Notes under the pieces: model-generated
The model's input: the letters and a program-made list of their open reading frames with translations, nothing else
Database searches by the model: none
Told to the model about the DNA's origin: nothing
Shown: piece after piece, positions 20,085 through 29,442 of the stretch
How the letters are laid out: each line of letters starts with the position of its first letter
Position numbering within the stretch: position 1 is the first letter of the stretch
Position numbers and translations under genes: made by a program
NCBI GenBank assembly: GCA_963707025.1
Contig: CAVPOM010000010.1
Span: 186,809 to 250,808, forward strand
DNA length: 64,000 nt
DNA from: an uncultured Verrucomicrobiae bacterium
GTDB lineage: Bacteria; Verrucomicrobiota; Verrucomicrobiia; Limisphaerales; Palsa-1400
Direction: 5' to 3'

Positions 20085-22421
20085 TTACGCCCCCGGCTCC
20101 TTGCGCAGGAATTTCTGCACGCGATGGTTGAGCGCGTCGGCCACGTAAAGATTGCCCTTGGAATCCAGCGCGATGCCCCACGGCTCGCTGAACTGTCCGG
20201 GCGCCCCGCCCGGCCCGCCCAGGATTTCCAGGGGCTGGCCGTGGGCGTCAAAGATCTGGATGCGCTGGTTGCCGAATTCGCAGACGTACTGCCGCCCCGC
20301 CCCATCCACCTGGATGTCGTAAGGATAACTGAGTTCCCCCGCGCCGGAACCGGGTTTGCCATAAGCGCGCAAAAACTTGCCGTCGGCGGAAAAAACCTGA
20401 ATGCGCTGGTTGCACGAGTCGGCCACATAAACCCGGTCCTGCGCGTCCAGCGCCAGCCCCTCGGCCCGGTTGAATTGGCCCGGCGCATCCCCAAACCGCC
20501 CCCAACCGCCGGGCAAAGGCCGCCCCTCCGCCGTGAACTTCTGCACCCGCTCGGAGTCGCCGTATTCGCAGACAAAGATTTCGCCGCGGGCGTTGGCCGC
20601 CGCCCCGCGCGGCATGCCGAGCTGGCCGGCGTTGGTCCCCTTGACGCCCCATTGCGCGAGGAGTTTTCCTGCGGTGGAAAAGACATTGATGCGCGAATAA
20701 TGCGGCTCAATGACCAGGATGTTGCCGTTGTGATCGCGGCACATCCCCTTGGGCTTGCCCTTGTCGGTCTGCATCATCTGCCAGTCCAACAAATAGACGC
20801 CGTCCGGGGAAAACTTCTGCACGCGGGCGGTCATGTCCACCACATACAAATTGTCGTCCGCATCCACCGCCACCCCGCGCGGCTTGTTCAACTCCCCCAC
20901 CCCGGTGCCCCGCGTGCCGATGATCTGCACCGCGCCGAACAATTTGCTGCGGATGGGAAAAACCTTCTCCGCGTGAGGCGAACAGCCGGCCGCTGTCAAC
21001 AAGACCGCCGCCAGCGCCGCCGCGCGCATGGGCCAGCGCCGCCGCCCGGAGCGGAGGCCGGCCCAGAGTGCCCAGCCGAAAAGAGGCAGCACGGCCAGAG
21101 CCAGCAGCCCCAAACAGAGGGCGTTGACCTGGGGGTTGTGGCCGTAATGGAGCAAATTAAAAATCCGCAAGGCCATGGTCTGGCCGCCGGGCGGCACGAT
21201 CAAGACCAGCGTTTCCACGTCCCATAAACAGAGCAAATAGGTCAGGTACCAGGCCGCGGCCAACTGCGGGGAAATTTGCGGCCAATAAACATGGCGCGCC
21301 ATTTGCCAGAAGGAGGCCCCTTCCAGCCGGGCCGCGTCCGCCAGGCCGCGGTCGGCCGCGCGCACGGCCCGCGCCACCGTCGTCCAACCCAGCGCCGCAT
21401 AGCGAAGGGAGTAGGCCAGAACCACCAGGACCCCGCTTTGATAAATAAAATTCAGCCAGGCGCGGTTGAAGATCCAGATCAAGGCAATCCCCAGCAAAAC
21501 CCCCGGCGTAAAAAACGGAATCCACAGGGCCCAATCCAGCCGCGCCCGCCATGTCAACAATCCGAACACGATGACCGCCGTCGCCGTCAGCGCCGCATAG
21601 CCCAGGGAATGGGCCAGGTCCGCCCGGCCGGCGGCCAGGGCCGGGGCCAATTGCCGCCAGGTTTTGGCGCTGCCCGCCAGTTGCCAGAGGGGAATCCCCA
21701 GCGAAAACACCGCCAGCAACAGCGCGACCGCCCCGCCCGCCCGGCGCCAGCCCGCGCCCAACTGGCGCCGCATCGCCTGGGCCGCGGGCGCATCCGAGCG
21801 CCAGGACCAGGCCGGCTCGCGCCGCCGGAAAAAGCTGACCAGCAGGAGCGGCGCCGCGATCAACGGCCAGCTCAGCGCCAGGGCCGCTCCGTAATCGAAG
21901 GTCGTGTTAAACCGCACCCAGATTTCGGCGGGGAAAACCTTCACCTGCAAAAGGGCCGGGACGGCGAAATTGTTCAGCGCCAAAACCAGCGTGAGAATGG
22001 CCCCCTGGATCAGGCTCGTTCGCGCCAGCGGCAGCAAAAGCCAGCGCACCAGCGCCGTGCCGCGCAAGAGCGGGTCAACCTCCAACTGGCTGGACTGGGC
22101 CCGCCGCCACGCCCCCGCCACCAGGAAAAAGGTCACCGGCCATGTCAACAATACCAGGACCCAGACCGTCCCGCCCAGCGAATAGATGTTCCAAGGCAGC
22201 CAGGGCCGCCAGAGGCCATGTTCGCCGAGCAACTCGATCCAGCAATTGACCACCAGGAACGGCGGCAGCGCCAGCGCCACCACCGCCCCGGCAAAAAAAG
22301 CCGGCCGCCAGCGCGCCGCCAGCCCCGCCAGCCAGAGCGCCGCGAAAAAGCCGCCGGCGACCGCGCCCACCGTGGCCGCGCCGCTCACCAGCAGGCTGTT
22401 GCAGACCAGGGGCCAGTTCAT
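20085..22421 (-). CDS. FbpB-type ABC permease fused to an NHL-repeat beta-propeller
   Basis: Two permease halves with EAA-like loop LADAARLEGAS; C-terminal GELNKPRGVAVD, GQFNRAEGLALD, GQFSEPWGIALD repeats. Confidence 0.85.
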   Translation of the reverse strand: MNWPLVCNSLLVSGAATVGAVAGGFFAALWLAGLAARWRPAFFAGAVVALALPPFLVVNCWIELLGEHGLWRPWLPWNIYSLGGTVWVLVLLTWPVTFFLVAGAWRRAQSSQLEVDPLLRGTALVRWLLLPLARTSLIQGAILTLVLALNNFAVPALLQVKVFPAEIWVRFNTTFDYGAALALSWPLIAAPLLLVSFFRRREPAWSWRSDAPAAQAMRRQLGAGWRRAGGAVALLLAVFSLGIPLWQLAGSAKTWRQLAPALAAGRADLAHSLGYAALTATAVIVFGLLTWRARLDWALWIPFFTPGVLLGIALIWIFNRAWLNFIYQSGVLVVLAYSLRYAALGWTTVARAVRAADRGLADAARLEGASFWQMARHVYWPQISPQLAAAWYLTYLLCLWDVETLVLIVPPGGQTMALRIFNLLHYGHNPQVNALCLGLLALAVLPLFGWALWAGLRSGRRRWPMRAAALAAVLLTAAGCSPHAEKVFPIRSKLFGAVQIIGTRGTGVGELNKPRGVAVDADDNLYVVDMTARVQKFSPDGVYLLDWQMMQTDKGKPKGMCRDHNGNILVIEPHYSRINVFSTAGKLLAQWGVKGTNAGQLGMPRGAAANARGEIFVCEYGDSERVQKFTAEGRPLPGGWGRFGDAPGQFNRAEGLALDAQDRVYVADSCNQRIQVFSADGKFLRAYGKPGSGAGELSYPYDIQVDGAGRQYVCEFGNQRIQIFDAHGQPLEILGGPGGAPGQFSEPWGIALDSKGNLYVADALNHRVQKFLRKEPGA

Positions 22422-22449
22422 GCGCGCCTCTCCCCTCGTTTCATCCCCC

Positions 22450-24291
22450 TCATGCGGTCCTCCGATGGTAGAACCACCATTCGAACATGAGCACGGCCAG
22501 GCCGCCGGCGGCGATCCAGCGCCACAGGTCCACGTTGGAGCGCCGCACCTGGGTGGCGCCGATGGTGTTGAACTTCCCAAATTCCAGTTCCTCGCGCGGC
22601 TTGGTGTTGCTCTCCGCCGCGTCCAGCACGTTGACGCAGAAGGTCACGTCGTTGGTCCCGACGCGCAAATGGTAAACGCCTTGTTTGCCCGTCTCGCCAA
22701 AAACGATCTCGCGCGCGTCTCCCGGGGTCAGCGTCCGTTTGGTGCCGTCCGGCATGGTCACCTCGGCCGTCGCGGCCGGCTGGGTCAGGGCCAAGCGGAA
22801 CGGCTCGCCGCCATGCACCATGAGCTGGCTGGATTTGGTCGCCGCCGGATTGAGCCAGTCCACGGCGTTGGCGATGAACATGGGAAAGGAAATGCGCAGC
22901 GGCCAGGTGCTTTGCAGGGTGTCGAAGCCGATCCAGACAATCTTCTGCCGCGACAGTTCCCCCGCCAGGATCAGCGGGGTCTGTTGCGCCTCCACCAGGG
23001 CCGTGGCCCAGCCCGGCGTCTTGACCCCCAGCGTCTCGCCGATTTGCACGTTGTCCAAATTGATGTAGCGCAGGAGCGGATGCGTGTTTTTCCAATCCAC
23101 CGCCGCCGGCTCCGGCACCGTCGTCCAGCCCGTGTCGAACCAGTTGGAGTTGGCCACATGAATGGCCAGCAGATTGGCCTTGGGCCAGACCGGCGGGATG
23201 ACGTCATCCAGCACCACCAGGTCAAAGTCCTCCGCCGCGTCCGCGCACTCGCTCGTCACCGTCAAATCCACGTTGGCGGCGGCGTGGAGCGCCTTCTCCA
23301 AAAAACGGTTGCCCCGCGAGACCAGCTTCACTTTGACCGGCGCGGGCAACAGGCTGACGATGGAGGCCTGGTTGTCCGCCGCCAGATCGTCCCTGGCGTC
23401 AATGCGCACGGTGAAAACGCCGTTGCTCTCCTGCGCGGCGGTAAAAACCTGGGGCGAGGTTTCCCCCGGCTTCAGGACGAGCGAGCGCGCATCCACGGGC
23501 TGGTTGTCAAATAAAAGTTCCAGGTCGGTCTGCTCCTCGTTGGTGGAAAAATTGGCCACGCTGGTGTAGATGGCCCGTTGCGCCCGGTTTTCCGGATTTT
23601 CCCGGATGTCCAGCGTGGTGATGCCCAGGTTGCGGGAGCGCTGGCCAACCTTGTGATAGGCGACGTTTAGATTCTGGTTGGCAAACTCGCTCAAGTCCCC
23701 CGCCGCGCCGTCGCTGAAGAGATCGATTTCCGGGGAGTGTTTGTTGGAATTGGTGACGAGCGTTTGCGCCAGTTTCAGAGCCTCGGTCAGGCGGGTGGAC
23801 GAATCGGTGACCTGGCAATTCTGGATGGCCCGGCGCAGGCTGGCCTTGCTGCTGGTGGCCGATTGTTTGACCTCGGTGTTGCCGCCCGCCAGCAACACCA
23901 GCATCTGGTCCTGGTCCTTCAGGCTGTTGACCAGCGCCAGCGCCTCCGCCCGCGCCTTCTCGAACCGCGACGGCTCCTCATCGGTGCTCTGCATCGAAGC
24001 CGAGGCGTCCAGAATCACCACCCGCAAGTCGCTCGCCGTGGAGTGTCCGACGAAATAGGGGCGGCTCAAGGCCAGGATGGCCAGGGCCAGAAGCAGCAAT
24101 TGCAGGAGGAGCAGCCAGTTGTGCCGCAATTTTTGGAAGGGGGAACTGGCCTGGGCATCGGCCAGGAATTTTTGCCAGAGCAGCGTGCTGGAAACCAGCC
24201 GGACCACCCGCTTGCGTTTGAGCAGATAAAACGCCACGACCACCGGAATCGTGGCAGCAAACCAAAATGCGCCTGACCAGAGAAATCTCAA
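22450..24291 (-). CDS. BatA-like N-terminal double-TM / vWA domain protein
   Basis: FYLLKRK...VSSTLLW...LLLLQLL...LSRP, MIDAS DASAS, FSDG, C-terminal TM ending EWWFYHRR. Confidence 0.87.
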   Translation of the reverse strand: MRFLWSGAFWFAATIPVVVAFYLLKRKRVVRLVSSTLLWQKFLADAQASSPFQKLRHNWLLLLQLLLLALAILALSRPYFVGHSTASDLRVVILDASASMQSTDEEPSRFEKARAEALALVNSLKDQDQMLVLLAGGNTEVKQSATSSKASLRRAIQNCQVTDSSTRLTEALKLAQTLVTNSNKHSPEIDLFSDGAAGDLSEFANQNLNVAYHKVGQRSRNLGITTLDIRENPENRAQRAIYTSVANFSTNEEQTDLELLFDNQPVDARSLVLKPGETSPQVFTAAQESNGVFTVRIDARDDLAADNQASIVSLLPAPVKVKLVSRGNRFLEKALHAAANVDLTVTSECADAAEDFDLVVLDDVIPPVWPKANLLAIHVANSNWFDTGWTTVPEPAAVDWKNTHPLLRYINLDNVQIGETLGVKTPGWATALVEAQQTPLILAGELSRQKIVWIGFDTLQSTWPLRISFPMFIANAVDWLNPAATKSSQLMVHGGEPFRLALTQPAATAEVTMPDGTKRTLTPGDAREIVFGETGKQGVYHLRVGTNDVTFCVNVLDAAESNTKPREELEFGKFNTIGATQVRRSNVDLWRWIAAGGLAVLMFEWWFYHRRTA

Positions 24292-24441
24292 CCTTCGCCA
24301 AGACTACACTCCCGCCGCCGGCATTTCGACAGAAAAGAAGTCAGCCACTCCATCATTCACGCGCCCGGGCCAGCGTCCCACTTTGCTCTTTCAACCTGCC
24401 CATTTGAACTTAAACTCACCGCGCAAGGCTAAAAGACAGAT

Positions 24442-25026
24442 TTGAAAAAGCCGGCCCATTCGCCCCGACCGCCCCAGCCGTGGCGCCGCGAGATTCGCTG
24501 CGTTTTGATCTCGCGGGCGCGTCTGGCCCGCCGCGTCCACGCCCTGGCGCGGCAGATCGAAAAAGATTTCGCGGGCCGCGACCTGGTGATCGTCGCCCTG
24601 CTCAACGGCACGGTCATGTTCCTGGCCGATTTGCTGCGGGGCCTGTCCCTGCCGCTGCGCCTGGACTTCATCGGGGTCTCCAGCTACCGCGAGGGGGCCG
24701 GGCCGGGCGGCCTGATATTCACCAAGGAATTGCGCCTGGACGTGCGGGGCCGGGATGTGCTGCTGGTGGACGATATACTTGACACTGGCCAGACCCTGGC
24801 GCGGGTGCTGGCCAAATTGGGCCCGCTCCAGCCCAGCCGGATCAAAATCTGCGTGCTCCTGGACAAACCGGCCCGCCGCGTCGAAAACATCGCCGCCGAT
24901 TACATCGGCTTCACCATTCCCGATGAATTTGTGGTCGGCTACGGATTGGATTACGGCGAGAAATACCGCAACCTGCCTTTCATCGGCCTGCTCCACCCGA
25001 AGATCGCCCAAGCCGTCACTTCTTGA
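24442..25026 (+). CDS. hpt: Hypoxanthine phosphoribosyltransferase
   Basis: VLLVDDILDTGQT PRPP motif, FVVGYGLDYGEKYRNLP. Confidence 0.95.
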   Translation: MKKPAHSPRPPQPWRREIRCVLISRARLARRVHALARQIEKDFAGRDLVIVALLNGTVMFLADLLRGLSLPLRLDFIGVSSYREGAGPGGLIFTKELRLDVRGRDVLLVDDILDTGQTLARVLAKLGPLQPSRIKICVLLDKPARRVENIAADYIGFTIPDEFVVGYGLDYGEKYRNLPFIGLLHPKIAQAVTS

Positions 25027-25648
25027 AAAAGGGGAGCTGTTCCACGGCGTTGATGATGAATTGCACCGCCACCGCCGCGAGCAAAAGCCCGAACAATCGC
25101 GTCACCAATTTGAGAGCCAGCGGGTTGAGATAATGCGCCCCGCGCACGGCCAGCCAAAAAACCCAGTAGCTGCAAAAGCAGACCACGACGATCGAGGCAA
25201 ACAGCGCCAGCACCTGATAAATTCCCGTCGCCTGATTAAGCAGGATCAACGCGGTCGAGATGGAGCCCGGCCCGGCCAGCATCGGCACCCCCAGCGGGGT
25301 GATGGCGATGTCATCCTTGGCCGCTCCGGCCGCCACCTCTTCGTCCGTTTCCTTGGCCGGCGACCGTTTGGCATACAACATATCCAGCGCAATGCGCAGG
25401 AGCAGGATGCTGCCCGCCATTTGAAACGCCGGCAAGGTGATCCCCATCACCTTGAAAATCACCGGGCCGGCGGCGGCAAAAAGCATCAGCACACCCGCCG
25501 CCACGCAGCAGGCCAGCCGGGCCATGCGCAGCTTGACGGCCGGCGTGTCCTGCGGCGTCATGGCGATAAAAGCCGGCACCACCGCGATCGGATCCAGGAT
25601 CACGAACAGCGAACTGAGGGCGAACAAACTATATTCGCTGAGTTTCAT
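25016..25648 (-). CDS. MarC family integral membrane protein
   Basis: LFVILDPI, PLGVPMLAGPGSIST, TRLFGLLLAAVAVQFI. Confidence 0.92.
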   Translation of the reverse strand: MKLSEYSLFALSSLFVILDPIAVVPAFIAMTPQDTPAVKLRMARLACCVAAGVLMLFAAAGPVIFKVMGITLPAFQMAGSILLLRIALDMLYAKRSPAKETDEEVAAGAAKDDIAITPLGVPMLAGPGSISTALILLNQATGIYQVLALFASIVVVCFCSYWVFWLAVRGAHYLNPLALKLVTRLFGLLLAAVAVQFIINAVEQLPFFKK

Positions 25649-25844
25649 GCCATGTTTTGGGCCGGAACAATGTCGGTTTTCCAAAAAGGCGGCCCCCCCG
25701 TTCCCATTTCGCAGCCGCGTTCCTGGCGTGTCTGGCGCTTAAAATGCCCTGCGGGAAACAAATTGTCACCAACTCAATCTCGGCGCCTTTTTCCCAACAA
25801 GGCCGTCCCGCGGGCAGACCCTCACCCTGCCGCCCCGAAGGGCC

Positions 25845-25983
25845 GGTGCATTTCAGATTTCTGGGTTCCCCTCTTAATCTTGCTCCTAATCTTAATCTTA
25901 ATCGCATCGCCCTCCCGCATTCGGATTAAGAGCAAGATTAAGATTACGATTAAGAAAGAAAACCCAAAAATGTGAAATGCGCC
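25845..25983. mobile_element. 139-bp MITE-like palindromic element
   Basis: 23-bp terminal inverted repeats (20/23 match), internal (TTAATC)n/(GATTAA)n arms, flanking 10-bp direct repeat CCGAA(G/C)GGCC. Confidence 0.7.
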
Positions 25984-26427
25984 CCGAACGGCCGCGGATC
26001 ATCGGCAGAAGTTGACCGCCATAACATCTCCGGGTTAAGATGCCGGCGTGAAGTGCGCCGTGAGCAACTCCGGGCGGCTGGCGGCCTGAGACCGTGGACT
26101 TCCGAACCGGTGCATCAAATAGCCCTTCCATCCCGTGCCGCGAATCGCTCCTCCTTGAGGATCGCAAGCCAGGCTCCCGTCAACGCCCGCGCCTGGAAGC
26201 CATCCCATGCAAGCCGACTCCTCAAAATCACTCGCCCCCCCCTGCCCCGCTGCATAAGACAGAGTTTTTGCCAACGACCGGAGACGCCCTAAAGTTGTTT
26301 TTGTGTCTTTTTCGCGCCGTTTTTGTGTTGCCGGACGGCGCGCTTTGTTATAGAGTCAAACCGTGACTCCAGCGAAAAACCTGCTTCGTCGCCCGGGCTT
26401 TTTACATGATCCCGGCTGTGGCTATCT

Positions 26428-26985
26428 ATGAGCGAGCTCACCCAGATGCTGCAATCCGTTCCGTCTGACGGGTCTTGCGCCCGCGACGAGCTGTTGCCGT
26501 TGGTTTACGGTGAATTGCGCCGCTTGGCTGCGGCACGCATGGCCCGGGAGTCGCCCGGCCAGACCTTGCAGCCGACCGCCCTCGTTCATGAAGCATGGGT
26601 GCGCATCAATGGCAACGGAGGACGGCGATGGCAAAACCGGGCGCACTTCTTCGGTGAGGCGTCCGAAGCGATGCGGCGCATCCTGATCGAGAATGCCAGA
26701 AGGAAATCACGATTGAAACGCGGCGGCGGCCTGATGCGGCTGGACATAGATGAACTTGAACTGGCCGCGACGGCCACCGATGACAGAGTGCTGCTGATCA
26801 ATGACGCGTTGGAACAACTGGAAATGGAAAACCCGGAAATGGCGCGCGTGGTGGTGCTGAAGTTCTTTGGCGGCCTGAGCAACCAGGAAGCGGCCGAGAC
26901 CATCGGGGTGGCCAGGCGCACCGTCGAGCGCCAATGGACCTTCGCCAAGGCCTGGTTGTTCCGATGCATTCGGACGCAAATGTAA
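26428..26985 (+). CDS. ECF sigma factor of the kinase-associated (TIGR02999-like) type
   Basis: ELLPLVYGELRRLAA, QTLQPTALVHEA, AMRRILIENARRK, RTVERQWTFAKAWL. Confidence 0.93.
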   Translation: MSELTQMLQSVPSDGSCARDELLPLVYGELRRLAAARMARESPGQTLQPTALVHEAWVRINGNGGRRWQNRAHFFGEASEAMRRILIENARRKSRLKRGGGLMRLDIDELELAATATDDRVLLINDALEQLEMENPEMARVVVLKFFGGLSNQEAAETIGVARRTVERQWTFAKAWLFRCIRTQM

Positions 26986-27012
26986 TTCGCGTGGCATGCC
27001 ATCGTTGGTTTT

Positions 27013-29283
27013 GTGAAGAACCCGATAAAACTGGAAGAGGAAATCTTCGATGCCGCGCTGGAATTAACGGGAAACGCCGAGCGCGAGGCGTTTTTGGATC
27101 GCGCCTGTGCTCACGATCCGGCCCTGCGCGCCAAGATGGAGGAGTTGCTCTCCGGGCACGTCCAGGCCGAAGCGTTCTTCACGGAGTGCATTTCGACCTT
27201 GAAATGTTCCACCAACGGTTGTGGCTCCCTGGATACTGATGATGCCCCGCCTCCTGCCGCAGTTCCAAATTCGTCCCCTGACGAAGAACTGGGAACCCGC
27301 ATTGGGCACTACCGAATTCTCACCAAAATCGGCGAAGGCGGCTGCGGCACTGTCTATATGGCCGAACAGGAACAACCCGTGCGCCGCCGCGTGGCCCTGA
27401 AAGTCATCAAGCTGGGCATGGATACCCACGCGGTCATTGCCCGCTTCGAAGCCGAGCGCCAAGCCCTGGCCATGATGGATCACCCCAACATCGCCCGGGT
27501 ATTTGACGCGGGCGCGACGGACACCGGGCGGCCCTACTTTGTCATGGAACTGGTGCAAGGGGTCAGGATCACGGACTATTGTGATAAACATCATGTGGAC
27601 ATGCCTGGACGGCTGGACTTGTTCATCCAGATTTGCCGCGCCATCCAACATGCCCATCAAAAGGGAATCATTCACCGCGACATCAAACCGTCCAACATCC
27701 TGGTCCTATCGCAGGATGGCGTGGCGGTGCCCAAGGTGATTGATTTTGGCATTGCCAAAGCCACCACCGGCCAGCGTCTGACCGACCTGACGGTTTTCAC
27801 GGCCTGCGAGCAATTCATCGGGACGCCGGCCTACATGAGTCCTGAACAAGCCCAGGGCAGCGGGATGGACATTGACACGCGCAGCGATATTTACAGCCTG
27901 GGTGTGCTGCTTTATGAATTGCTGACCGGCAAGACTCCCTTTGACGCGCAGGAACTGATCCATTCCGGCGTGGATGGGATGCGGCGCACACTGCTGGAGA
28001 AAGAACCGCACCGGCCCTCCACGCGGTTGGACGCGCTGAAAGCCGATGAATTGACCATCACCGCCCTGCGCCGGCACGCCGAGCCGCCCAACCTCCAATC
28101 CCTGCTGCGGGGCGACCTGGACTGGATCGTGATGAAGGCGCTGGAGAAGGAGCGGGCGCGCCGGTTTGAAACCGCCAATGGTCTGGCCATGGACATCCAG
28201 CGTCATCTGCACAACGAGCCGGTTCTTTCCCGCCCACCCAGCCGGATTTACCAGTTTCAAAAACTGGTGCGCCGCAACAAGATCCTCTTCGCCGCCGCCG
28301 CCGCCGTCACCGCTGCCCTCCTGATCGGATTGGGCGCTTCGACCTGGCTTTTCCTTGGCGAAAGACAAGCCCGCCAACGGGCCGTGGACGCCGAACAGCA
28401 ACAAGCCCGCCTGGCTCGTGAAGCCGAACTGGCCCGCGCCAACGAAGCCGAACTGCGCCGCCAGGCCGAGGCCAGGGAGAAGATCACCCAAGCCTCCCTT
28501 CGCATCCACGATGGAGATTTCGACTCGGCGGAGAAAATAATGCAGGAGGTGACGCTGCGCCAGCCTTCCATGGAATGCGCGTCGGTCTTTCGCTCTCTGG
28601 GCGAATGGCGCGCCCTGCATCACCAGTGGAACAAGGCCGCCGGGCCTTATGCCCTGCTTTGGCAAGTTGATCAGTTCGATTCCTGGGAAACCACCTCCTT
28701 TGATCTTCTGGTCGTGGCCCCAACCTTGGTCGAAGCCGGCGATCACAGAAGCTACGAGTCTTTTCGCCAGGCGGCAGTTCTGCGCTATGCCGGCACGACC
28801 AATGCCGTCGTGGCCGAGCGCGTCGTCAAGGACAGCCTCCTGGTCCCGGCCAGCGAACAACTCTTGCAAGCCTTGCGGCCCTTGGCCAGTTTTGCGGACA
28901 CATTCTTCTCCATTCCAACCAACGACAGCGATGCCCAGATGAGGGCCTCCTGGGCATTTATCTCCCTGGCCCTCATGGAATATCGTGGCGGCGACTGGTC
29001 CAAGTCCGCGGATTACTGCCGCCGCTCCCTGGCCTGTCCGGTGGCCCACGCCGCGCGCGATGCCACCGCCCGTGTCATTCTGGCCATGGCCTCTTGCCGA
29101 ATGGGCCAGCCCGCTGAGGCCAGCGCCGCCCTGGGCCAGGGCCGGGAAGTCATCCAAGGGGAGTTCACAAACGTTTTGGATGCTGGCAACGGGAGCCGGG
29201 GATTCTGGTTTGATTGGGTCTTTGCGCGCATCCTTCTGCGCGAAGCCACCGCGCTGATGCAGGGACCAGCAGCAAAGGCTTGA
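27013..29283 (+). CDS. Membrane Ser/Thr protein kinase with extracytoplasmic helical domain
   Basis: GEGGCG, VALK, HRDIKPSN, DFG, GTPAYMSPEQ; TM segment ILFAAAAAVTAALLIGL; GTG start. Confidence 0.95.
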   Translation: MKNPIKLEEEIFDAALELTGNAEREAFLDRACAHDPALRAKMEELLSGHVQAEAFFTECISTLKCSTNGCGSLDTDDAPPPAAVPNSSPDEELGTRIGHYRILTKIGEGGCGTVYMAEQEQPVRRRVALKVIKLGMDTHAVIARFEAERQALAMMDHPNIARVFDAGATDTGRPYFVMELVQGVRITDYCDKHHVDMPGRLDLFIQICRAIQHAHQKGIIHRDIKPSNILVLSQDGVAVPKVIDFGIAKATTGQRLTDLTVFTACEQFIGTPAYMSPEQAQGSGMDIDTRSDIYSLGVLLYELLTGKTPFDAQELIHSGVDGMRRTLLEKEPHRPSTRLDALKADELTITALRRHAEPPNLQSLLRGDLDWIVMKALEKERARRFETANGLAMDIQRHLHNEPVLSRPPSRIYQFQKLVRRNKILFAAAAAVTAALLIGLGASTWLFLGERQARQRAVDAEQQQARLAREAELARANEAELRRQAEAREKITQASLRIHDGDFDSAEKIMQEVTLRQPSMECASVFRSLGEWRALHHQWNKAAGPYALLWQVDQFDSWETTSFDLLVVAPTLVEAGDHRSYESFRQAAVLRYAGTTNAVVAERVVKDSLLVPASEQLLQALRPLASFADTFFSIPTNDSDAQMRASWAFISLALMEYRGGDWSKSADYCRRSLACPVAHAARDATARVILAMASCRMGQPAEASAALGQGREVIQGEFTNVLDAGNGSRGFWFDWVFARILLREATALMQGPAAKA

Positions 29284-29442
29284 CCAATTGGCCTGGTTCC
29301 GCCGTATTTTTTCTCCAACGGCGAATTCTCAAAAGATACTGTCAGTAAACAGCTTACAATTGCAATCCCCGCCTTGGGAGCTTTGGCGCAAAATGGTGTG
29401 GCGGTTTTGGCAGGCCTTTGGCGCAAGTACAGGTAAGCGAAT

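Noticed and set aside
20084..20710. 209-aa N-terminal extension of the vWA/GATase ORF
   Set aside because: It overlaps the NHL coding region in another frame; the likely start is MNFQF at 20083.
25990..26245. tmRNA on the minus strand (begins GGGGGCG)
   Set aside because: No GATTCGAC after the 5' end, no T-arm/CCA end and no tag peptide.
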